Below, one piece after another: positions 43,101 through 55,100 of a stretch of 64,000 nucleotides of DNA. Within the stretch, counting starts at the first letter, position 1. Every line of letters begins with the position of its first letter. Origin of the DNA: Iphione sp. A-MEVVRFRX5 (Eukaryota); assembly GCA_976226885.1 (NCBI GenBank), contig OZ320316.1, forward strand, positions 87,482,001 through 87,546,000, read 5' to 3'. The notes under the pieces are model-generated. The model was given only the letters and a program-made list of their open reading frames with translations, had not been told where the DNA came from and searched no databases. The position numbers and the translations under genes are program-made.

Positions 43101-46100
43101 ATGCACTGTTTTTCACTTTTGCATCAGGAGAAATTATTTAAAGATGAATGCACCTTTTGTTCCTCAACTCTATTAACAACGACGTAGTTTAACTACTTTA
43201 AACGCATTTTCTAGTACTGCATTCATGATTCATGCACTTGCAAATCTAACGAGATGTTAAATTATCTGCACGAAGAAGGAGAGGGGTTATCACCATTGCT
43301 GCCTTACGTAATCGCATCTCTTCACAACTTATGTTTATATATGAAGCTTTTGGAGGCATACTTTGCAACCAGACGCCAGTGGCAATTCCAGGAAGACTGC
43401 GGTCTGGTATCTTTCCATGATTAGATCTCTCTAAATGTTTACGTCTAGCAGCCCATTACTGCTCGCTTCCTGCCACCATACTGCAGCGTCCATATCTAAG
43501 GACCGACACACTTCACCCTGCAAATCGCATCATGTTGTCTGGGTTACCGCCTTGTCTTGTTCCCATTGCCTGCCGCTACTACCGGTTCTGTCAAATTTGT
43601 CTATATGATGACCTCCTAGGATCGATGCGCAAGAGTTAAAAAGACATTAACAAGCTAGTTAAAAGGAACAGTTCTTGTCAGACTGACTCGTCCGTCACCC
43701 ATCTGCGTCAAGTTCAGAGGCTAATCCACCAAATTAAGTCCCAGCCGTTTTCTACTGCGATTACTTACGGCTCCTTGTTTCTTTCCTTCTCGTAATGAAT
43801 TATTTTGATATAAAAAAGATGATGCCCTTTAAGATTATTTCATTTTCGTACAACAATAAATGATCGCCAAATAATGGCCTATATTCAATACTCAGCTAGG
43901 AATAATGTAAGGAAAACTAGACGTTGCACTTTAACAGGTAGCAGGGACAGGCTATATGTTTTGTTGAATTCTATTCTGACAGAATATCGAATCTGTTATC
44001 AGAGAAGCCAGCGCGACGCCTCGCTGCCTCTTTAGTAGCACTCACCTGAGTAAGGCCTACCTGTGATCCCTCGCCTCAGTTCATATACCACTCATTCCCC
44101 TCACAGGAGCAAGTGCTCGCCGAGTCCGTTACCCCGACTAACAGGTAATCTTGAAGCCTTTGGTGGCACTCCGGCGTCTGCTACACTTATCATCAATCTT
44201 TGGTGCCGGAACATCAGATGCGTACGACTACGGTGCAGACGCTGTGTTCTCCACACACACTACCCTGATCACTGCTTTCTGGTCTACGGATGTTTCGTGA
44301 CACATCCCAGCTAAAGTGCATTTGTTAGATCGTTCAACTGTAATCCATTAATATAACTAATGATATTACACTTGATGGAGGCATAAAGGTCGAAGCTCCA
44401 GGCGGACATCGCAGTAGAAGTCTAAAGGACACATTGCTACCAAAAACTACACAGGGCTTCCAGGATAATATCCTGATGCATTCATGATCACTATGTGCTA
44501 TACTATATATATTTTATAGGCGTTCACTAAATAAGTAACTGATAGTCCTTCGCAGTCACCAGATGCTTTGGGGTTGAATGATCGGACGTCGGTGGCGCCA
44601 TGCATTAAAGAAAAGGGGTGTGTTTGAGAGGCATGAGATGCTATTGTGCCCCACACGAAGGGCCGAGTCTTGTATAGGTGTGGCTGTGACTTATTTGATA
44701 GACGGGCCACTAGCGACGAGGGACGGAGCAACCATCGATTCGCTGCCGTGTAAGGCGTGAACAAATGGTTTGATGGTGTCAGATGCGGCAGGTAGGAGGC
44801 TGCTCCGACAGACTAACGAGAACTGATGGCTCAATGAAAGCACCCTTGCCAGCTGCCGCCCCGCCCCCATCAGATCAGATCGGCCCCGACAACCCTGTCT
44901 CTGACAAAGTCCCCTACAACAATCCGCGCCGATAAAAGTCTCACCATCACCGGTGGCTTCAGAGGGATAAATAACTTTAGCGCTACATGTGCTAATGCTG
45001 GCTTTCTGATATGATAACAGTACAGTAAACATGGCACCAATGAATAGTTTCATAATACTGTTTACAAATTTCAACATTTGAAATCCCATTCTTTTTACTA
45101 AAACCCTGCTTTTTTAATTGACACTCTAGAGAAGTAAATTCAATTACTTCCTGGGGTCGTTGCAAGGGTAATTTTTATCTTCAGCAGGGCATGCAGATGA
45201 AATTATTTAGACTTCTGCTACTGAATCTAGACGGTAGATCCGGGTGAACGACCTCATAGCGCCTTGCTCCCGCCGCTCCTGCTGGCTGTCTGGCATCGGG
45301 AGGCGGTGCGCACGTGAAAGGACCGAGACCGGATAGAGAATGTGAGCACCAACAGAGATGAATGGTAACCCTTCGTATTTTGTGACTGGTCCATCCGCCT
45401 GAAGTAATCGCTGTCAATCATTTACCGGCCGTTCCCAGAAAGGCCTTCGACCAGAGCCAGGTTAGCAGCGGAAGCATGTGCGGTCAAACAACACGCGCGC
45501 ATGCTATCAGCCGGACGAGGCTTTGGCGCACCAAGCACGGTGCACTGCGCTCCAATATTGCAAAGGCCTATCTGGCAGCGGAGTGACCCCTACCCCGTCT
45601 CCAATACGGCCTTTCCTCGAATCTATCGGTCAACCCCTTCATTATGCTCCCAGCCCATCTCTCCCTCCGGTTTTTCCTCTCCTTTGCAGTGTCGTCTTTC
45701 TGGCTGTCGATCTGTCTCTTTCCATTTATCTATCTCTCCCAGTGGTTCCCTCTCTCTTATACCTCTCTTTTTTACGAAAAGGAGATGGTCCATTGCCGAG
45801 AAGCCTTTTCTACCAACCGCTTCCCTAGCAGCTCCATAGAGTGTTTGGGTCACAAGAAGGCACGCACTGGCGTCTTTGAAATACTAAGCTGCCGCCTTTG
45901 AAACCCTTCAGGAGGTTTTAATGCCTTTGGTTTTAATCTCATCTGGTATTCTGCTTGTCTGAATCTGTCGTCCCTGGGCGATTTGTTTAGAAAATGGGTA
46001 ACGACTGCCTAGCGTGCAACGGTAGCTTAATCTTTTAATGCGCTAATGTCGGCCGAACCAAGATGGTGACACGCTAACTACAAACTAATGCAATTCTACC

Positions 46101-49100
46101 AACTCCCCAAATTTACTGATAGTCTAACACTATAAATGAACACTTAATATGTCCTTCCAAGACGCTGTGCCCTTTTTACCTTCTTCTTAATCTTCATTAT
46201 GTACATCTTTACCCTAATTTCCTCTCTTCATCCAATTCCCCAATCGTTACGGGAATATTGAAATTAGAAATTAAATATGTAGGAGATACCTCCTCCTTGC
46301 CAAGATAATGATTGCAACGATAAAACTGTAACGACCGGGTGAATAAAGAGCTAATGTGTTCCGTTACAACTGTAGCGAATGGTACTTATAGGACTGGTCC
46401 AGGAAATACGTTATTCCCAGACGCCTGCGGGAATGGGCCATTTGTGCTGCTTAACATTCTTTACCATCAGGGAAAAGAAACTTGTTTCTCGCTAGAATAC
46501 TTTTCAAGACCAATTTCCTATTGTTTATTGTGTCATAAAATTTTATTAGTCAATAACTAAGCTAAACATTTAGTTATCAATTCCTGTTATTACAAATTAG
46601 AATAATTCAATTATAGCCACCACTTTTAAATTGCCTGTGTTGAATTATTTGACTGGTAAAAATCATAATTTTTTTCATGTCTTTTCCTGGAATTCAATGC
46701 GACAAGTCTTTTGGCAGGCCAATTCTCCAATTTGCCATGGTAAACTACCCTGTATCCCACATACGTGTACAGCCGGCGTAAATGTGCGTCTGTGAGGGCG
46801 TTGGAAACCCATAAGACTTGTATTTTGTCAGACTATTTAGTTGTCTAGCTTCAAACTTCATGCTGGGTTTTGGGCGACTTTTAGTATCTACTACAGAAGA
46901 GAAACGCGTTTGTCTTATAAGAGACAAACGATGGAAAGTACGGAAGCTTCAATTACAGAAGTGAGCAGAAAAATTCAGATTGATTCCTGGAACAGTATCC
47001 TCTAAGCTTCCCTTGATAGAACACAGCATTGCAGTGTCACGCTGTAGGGCTTAGCAGAGTTTTTTTTTGCCAACAGAAGTTGTTTAACAATTGGCAAGTC
47101 TCCCTCAGGGTAGCTGACTCTAATCTATCATGGCCGGACACAGGACAATATTTACCATACACTTATGGTTCTCTATAGTAACGGGGGGCAGAGAGCTATT
47201 TGATAGAGGGTGTCACCGATGTGACGTCATACTCTCAGTTTAGCGCCACTATCTCTCAGGCTGCGAGATTCCAGACTTCTCCTGCCACGGGGAATCTGCG
47301 AAATAAACACCACACTAGGCCAGCGAGAGTGACTAGCTGACTCATGAAAAAGAGAGTTGCACTCGACGTTAGAGATGTTTGTTGGAATTGGATTGTAGAA
47401 TATGACAACAGATAAGCCTCTGCAAGGCTCCTCGTGGCATAAATATCGCGTTAGGAATATCATCTATAAACAGTGAGATCCCTTTAGGAGACAAAGTATG
47501 CCCTTTACCGATATATATGCCGACTACAGTGGCCACTCGAAAGCGATATTGTGTTTGCATCACCATAAATATGTCTTAGTTAATATGAAGCAGTCTTTTA
47601 AACATTTAGTATAGTCAAATCATTGTATCCGCAAGAGAAGGCAAGAGTAGTGAAACAATACCGGTTTAGCTATGTTACTGCACATCAACCATAATGCTTA
47701 CACTGGTTACCTCCCAGTACTTAAACTGGTCATCTGGCAATACTTACACTGGTCAAACTAACCGACTACTAATGTCTGGAATTTGTTTCTAGTGTAACAA
47801 TCTACTGTATTTTTGTTGGAAACCTATATCACTCACATATGAAATAAGTTATTACCAGAACAGATTCATGGAAGAATTGAGATATGTTATCACTGTCAGG
47901 ATATAGATTCTGCTACGATGTTTTAAATAGTGTACATTGATTTAAGCCCTGGCGTGTTCAGTCAGGTAAAATATAGTTAATGAAAAATGATTATAAAATC
48001 TTAGAGGTGAAATGCAATTTTAAAAGAGCAGTGAATATTCGAGGAATCGTCGAGGGTTTTGTTTGTGTTTTCATTCTGAAACAGTAAGTAAGATAGTCGG
48101 GTGTTGCCATGTTGTACGGTGGAAACTATTTGAAGGGTGAGGTATTAATTATTACCTGTACTCTGCTGAGTACTCAACCTACCCTCTCCCACCTCTGTTC
48201 GATGATTTTGTATAAGTAAGAGCCCGGATAAGCAGTAATGTTTTGTGTATGCGTACTTGCATAGGCTTGACCTAGTGGCTGCATAATAAATCCAGACATA
48301 GTGCCTTTCATGTCATAATCAATGCACACTGAGTGCAGCCGAATAAACGCGCCTGTTTTCAAGTGCATGACCTCGAGTATGCATGCCTGAGTGAATATTT
48401 CTTTGAAGCGTAAGACATGTCAGGTGCGCAGTGCATCATATTGGACGCGGGCCAGAAGTAATGTGAGGTCAGGTGATCTCTATAAGGAGCCTCAGCGTCC
48501 TGCATGAGAGGGTCATGGGTGCCTGATCGGCGACGCCCAGACGCTCGTTGTACAGCATGACAGCCGGGCGATGGCCATATAAGGTCAAGAAGGGGCGCGC
48601 AGAAGCGAAAGCTCGCTGCTTAATCTGCTTATCGGTTTGGCCAGGTTGTAAGCGGAGGTAGGCCGTGGCACAACCAGGAGCTTCACAGGGTTCAGCCGGC
48701 CGAACCCCATTTGGGACGACCTATGAATGCAATATCAGCTACAGCCAGCAGACATGGACCAGCTCGGTCGAACATCCATGGCCACTCCGGTGGACGTAGG
48801 CTAAAGATTAGCCAGCTCGCCATCAGTTCCGAGCAGAAGCAGGTCCTTCGGGCTCTGCTGTAGAGAGATCCACCGGAGTGCCTCAATTGTGGTGGCGGTG
48901 GTGGTTGTACGAGAGCTAGTAATATAAGGCCGAACAGACGTCGTGAAGCCAGACTCGCCGGAACACTTGGAAAGGCCTTTCCAAAGTACGGCGCTCCACA
49001 TTGCATTAAGGCCTTATATTTTCAGTCTGCCAGGAGGCAGAATAATAACGATACAGGACTTGAGCAGAGTGTGATATGGATCCAACTGGGTCTCAGTCAG

Positions 49101-52100
49101 ATGATGGATGACTCTAGAAGGGTGTGATTTTACTTGCCGTACCTTTTACGGAAGGGCTTCTGAAAGGTGGGGCGCTGATCGAAAAGCACTCCATAAACTT
49201 CTCCTGGTCTCCGACGTCTGCCGCCGATGGTGGCGGCAGACGTCGCTGTAAGCAGGGTTTACACATTCAGACAGAAACACGGACTTCCCATTATTGGCAA
49301 GCAGTGTCTGTCTCGGCCCAGACTGGGAATGCTTACTGATGCGACTTGCCTGGGTCGTGTGAGACCATGACCTACAGACCGATGGCCTGTAGAAATGAAT
49401 CATCGCCGACCTGCAAATAGACGGCTGTTCTCATCCGAACTCCATAATGATTATGTGGACCGAAAGGGTGAAATCTTTATTCCAAATGAATTGTGCCTAT
49501 TCATAACAGTATAATATTGATGTTTGAGTAAACATGTGATAGCACCTGAGACGATTTCCTTGACCTTATGCATAACACTTGATACTCATCGAATTTTGCG
49601 CCGACCAGTGATACCATGAACGAAATGAGTCAAGTCGATCAAGCATGACTACATACTGTATGCATGATTATATAGTAGTCTCCATCCAAGTGGTAGTAGT
49701 ATATTATTGCATGTGTAGCCATTCAAAGCAACCTTTATCTGTTTGTTTGATGTTTTGCTACCCTGTGTACACCCAACATTGTCCAAGTTAAGTAAAAAGT
49801 GAATGAAGAAATCCATTAAAGTTAATGTTCAATTAAAATTAGCTTTTCGGTATATCCGAAAGTTTATATCAAAGAAGCCATGGAATCCATACCGTTAAAA
49901 TGTTTACTAGATTGTTTACGGCAGGAGTGTTTTAAGCAATAACTATTGAAGATTTGTTTTCATAACGAAAAAAGTCAAGATTGCCTATAAAATAATCAGA
50001 GTGATGGCCTTTGGAAGTGATCGCTATTAGGCACATTTATCTTAACTTGGCACTCAGCCTTTTTTCTGTTTGCGTGCGATCTGTTGATTATCTATTGTGT
50101 TGTTGTTGTCAGAACCTACCTTTCCCTTCATGCTTTACATGTTTTCCACACGCACATATCATATTGTGTTTTAAAATATGATATTTGCTTCAACGGTTGA
50201 TGGAAGCCTTCAAAACGCACGTGGGATACGACTACCCTGATCGATTTAACCATTTCGTTTTAACTTGTGTTTGCACATTATATTTTAGAAATATAAAGCC
50301 TGTAAAAAAATAAATACTTATGATAATGCTCATTAACGTATATTAATTTAGTCGGTTATTTGGGTGTTTTGTGACAGACAGGCGACTAATCTGTCGCTCC
50401 AAACATCAGGCTTGCGAGTAATACCGCACAATACAACACCGCTAAAATTTCTCAGATGACTGTTGGTTACATTTATGTATTTAAAGGCTTGTCCGCTAAA
50501 TCACAGTCAGATCCTATGGCTGTAAATGCTTTCTGACATTTGTGACAAAATGTCAGTAGAAATGTTTCTAGATATACTTGTTCATAAAACATAGAAGGAA
50601 GTATGTGGTTAAGAGACTACATGACGGTCTTAACGTGATATTTTTCTATCACATTAGCCTAGAGCATCTATTAGGTGTAAATAAGCGAGCAGGCGTTGCC
50701 CAAGACAGTCTTGAAACACAAGCTAGAACATTCCACTCTCATTCTTTGCTATACACCTGTTTGGCTACGGCCCACCGTACCCTTTGGCCGAAAGTGTGCC
50801 ACAGGTCTCATGTTCGTGCTCAGTCACTAGGGTACTGCCCCAGTTCCCCATACCTCGCGGATCCAGATCCGATATGCAGACATAACAGTCTGGTAAGCTT
50901 TGCTATTCACTCCTTTGGGCTCACAGAGGAATGTATGCAGTTACCATTTGTATCAGGTACAAACAGTCTCATGACACTTGGCCTTCACGTTTGGGGTTAT
51001 CCCTGTCTTACTCCAAAAGACTAGGCCACCCAAAGGGCAGGGGGAGGGCCATAACGCCTTTGTACTGTGGTGTCTATTTTTAACGAAAGATGACTGAAAA
51101 GCCTGTCGGAAAGTGATTGTGACAGAAAACACGAACAACTTTTTGAGTAGATACAGATACTCCCTCTTTATGGAAGTATGGTTTTAAAAAGACTTCACAT
51201 TAAAGGCTGTTAGATCGTAACTTGTTCCCTTACTCACGCACCCATTCGCTACAGGCCATAATCTTAAAATTACGTAGTAAAGGCCTGAACGCAACAAATA
51301 ACTGGGTGAGTGAACGGAAGTACAAAGTCGAGATGAAGGGGTTGAAGCATGCACACTGTTGGACTTTTATCGACATATTTCTACAGTTTTTCTCAGCAAC
51401 CAAAAATGCTTCTCCTTAAAGACAATTTGAGGGAATGACTAAGAGTACGTTCCGTGACCACCCGACCTTATTTTTATTATATACATGATGTTATGTAATC
51501 ATTACCATCATGGAAATTATCATGCTGATAAAAAAAACATTTTGTAATTCTACTTTCACCACAACAAACCCTTTTAGGCAGATTGGATTCAAGGACAATC
51601 TATTTTTTTCAAAATCAACGGTTTCAGTCTTTTCCTAGGAGCAGCTCCATATATTTACGAGACAGATTAAATGTCCATTGCGTTCGACCCGACAGGTTGC
51701 AAGTGACACATTGACTTCCGTTAACATACTCCACATTAACACGAACCTTTCAAGTTTGAACTAACACGTTTCCCCTCTCCTTGGCCACATGTAGTGGCGA
51801 ATTGTTTACGACCTTTGTTGTAAAAAGTTGCGTGTGACCGCATTATAGTCTGGTGACATAACTGCAGGCTTAAATTAAAACCTTGCTAGATATACTGAAA
51901 ATGTATGGTTTACAAGATGTTAAATATTAAACCAATAAAATAAACTCCTCTCCTTTGGAAAAAAAATAACAGTAGCAATGAGCTAGTCCACGTTTGTACT
52001 TCTGTGAAAAGGCGTTGTCAATCTACACTCTACAACAAAGAGTGTCTAGTATCTAAGGAACCTTAGTTCCAGATATGCTGATACTTGAGCCGCTGGCCAC

Positions 52101-55100
52101 AGCGTCTCATCCGTTTTCAGTACATGTACTACATAATGTCATGACAGTTAACTTGGGCTCGTGGAAACTAACATTGAATGGACCATTTTATAGGGGAAAA
52201 CCCTTTCGCTCCAAAACACTGTGTGAACCTACTAACGGTCCACTTCATTGAACTTCCCACAGGAAAGTAAAATGAATTGAATACACCGAATATAAAATGA
52301 ATTAAATCAGCAGATTTGAGTGCACACGCTTTCCCCCTCTCGTTGTGATATGATTTATATGCATATATAAATTTACGTACATACATATAAATGTTTACAT
52401 ATATGGCCTCCCTGTATGCAGCTGCAGTTATTCCCCTATTCATGTTTTGAAATAGTGACAGCGAGAGAGGAAAATCTGAGCATTTCGTGAACACCTGTGG
52501 GTGTATTTTGAAACATACTTTCGCTCCATAAATGTTGACAAACATTTTAGGTCTATGCTCCTTTGTGTTCTTTATTCAGTTTGGTTCTTGCTATTTATCT
52601 ACAATCAAACCCAATTTAAAATTTTATACCGGACCAGACTTACAACCTAGGCAAACATGTAACTAATATAGGGTAAGAGGGGTTTTTAAATGTATATTTA
52701 CTGAATGCCTGTGCAGCCTGTAATTTACAGGCTATTTTCTCATTGGGAATTGTACCAAGTATCGCAAGTCAACATATTCTTTTTCCTGACTTGCTGGATG
52801 CTTCTGATTTCAGGTATGGACCATGATGCGGCTTTAAAACACTACAAAGAGATGGAGACAATGGCGAAATGTCGTTTACCGGTCCCTGTGGTCCTACGCA
52901 TCAGGGACATAAGTAATGCGGCGTCCAAAGTTTATTTCCCGCCTTGCACCATTGTACATCGATGTCGTGCAGACGCTGGATGCTGCAATGAGGCGTCAAC
53001 ATGTGCCTCCAGTAAGAATACCACAATACAAAGATCATTCTTCGTAAGTATTACTTCTAAATATCTCAGTCCCTATGGACTTCGAATAGCATCATTATGA
53101 TTTTATATAGACACATCCACAAGTATTTCAGCAGAGAAATAACTGAATCATTTTTTTTAAAGTTAAAGAAAGTACAACAGCGTGTATGCAAGTAACCCGT
53201 GATGCACGCGTTTAAGAGGCGCATGGAGGGAATGTAACTTGGACGTGGGACACAGAAACTTGTACATGTGTTTTTGTATGGTCTTTTAAGAGTTTCCAGT
53301 AATTGAAACATTATCCGCTGCACACAACACTGAATTCCCTACAGTCACAAGGATGGCTCTGGTTCGTTTGTTTTGGGCTTGTCTGGACTGTTACAGATTG
53401 GATTTTGTGGAACAGAGGCCATATCCCTTTACCAATTAGTCCAGACAAAGTCGGGTCCTAACTTGATTGGTACAGAACCTAAAAAAGAATGAAAGCCCAC
53501 TTGTTTTGAAATTCTATGACTGTCATGGATCTCTCTGACGTGACGGGAGGGTTGAATGGCTCTGCTTGCTTTGTCGGTTTTCCCTGTTGTTTCTTAATCA
53601 CACATTCATAGGAGATCATTGGTGTCCCTAGGTGCATTTTCCGCTTCCCTGGCTCAGGGACTTCACCTGAAATAATTTTATGCATATTAGTTACAGAAGA
53701 AGGGAAATGTGTGACATGTTACTACAATAAAAACCTTATTTCTAACAGCCTCAATTTCCGACCAAATTTGATAATCTGACTAATTGAACTTGGAACCAAA
53801 ATACTTCCTACTGTTAATTAATAAGCAAAGTGATCGATTTCCAACCAACTCAATTTCTGACTGGTTTTGCCCTCCGACCACTGATGCTAAGGTCATATCT
53901 ATCGTATTTTTACATTGATTTCCAACCGTTCGAGTATTTAAAGGGTTATTCGCTGTCTAAAATGTCATCAGAGGTGCTAGCATTACCATTTCTCCCTTAC
54001 ATGTATTTGAAGGTGGCCGGAGCATATGTGGAAGTCGCCCCCCCCCCGATTTCATTTTACGCTGTCCTCTAATATTCAATTGAAGGATTTTAGCAAAAAA
54101 TTGTTTGCCACTATGGGTCAACGGTACTCCATTGCTAAGGTCAATCTCGCAGAGAGGTTTGACCAGAAATCAAGTAGTTTCCTCCAGGTAAAATGTCCGA
54201 TTTCTTCTGAGGTAGTATTATCGTAGTACAATGCTCGACACATGGGAAGTCGAAAATAGATACCTTTTATATAGCTTAACGTTAATATTTTGGAATATAC
54301 ACTTTACATCAGTGTCATTTTGATACATCATGTTTGAATTTGACGTTAAGGCATCCTACACAGGTGCTCAAGACTATAGTGAGGCTACTTCTATAGGTGA
54401 CATATTTATACATGCTAAAACCTGGGTCTCATGCATGGGAATCAATGGCGTTTACTCTAGATCATCACCATTGATTTGAAGGAATGACTATCGTTCTTCA
54501 GCATCAAGTGCTACGATTACCACTCAGCACCATGAAGCGGCTGGTTGTATGTCCTTCAGTTAGCCCAATTCTCCCGGAAATATCCTCATAGACCAGGAGC
54601 CAAAGCTATTCATTACACGGCACTGCTGCCATGCTGGACATGTTTTGTTAAAGTAAACAGTTATTGTATTGATCGAAACAAAATCAGGATACCAATATGA
54701 ACATATAACTAGATTTGACAAATAAAAAACAGACAATTGTGTTCTCTGGAACTGGATGCAAGCATCATACCGGTTGCGGCTGGTCAATAAAGCAACAACT
54801 TTTGCAAGGAACGATTGGAAGGATTTCATTTTTGTTGACCATAATGACCTGCACTGGAGAGCCAAGCATTGACCGCAACCGTACCGCAGCGAAATGGAGA
54901 AGCCACCGAGAATGACTGGTCGATGGCCGGGCTGACATTTTCTCCTCTCAAATTGCATTCAAATGTCTGGGCGAGCATCTCCCACCAAGAGGCTTATTGT
55001 AGGAGCGACCCGTCTTCGGCTCGCATCTGCCTCCTCCAGGGTCGCAGGCAGTAGGCTATGAAGGCATGCATTATCATGGGCTGTATACGGAAGGTAGATT

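Noticed and set aside
53379-53450. Hairpin ttgtctggact…agtccagacaa as a possible pre-miRNA
   Set aside because: Only an 11-bp plus 5-bp stem with a large bulge and a ~30-nt loop, which is not pre-miRNA geometry.
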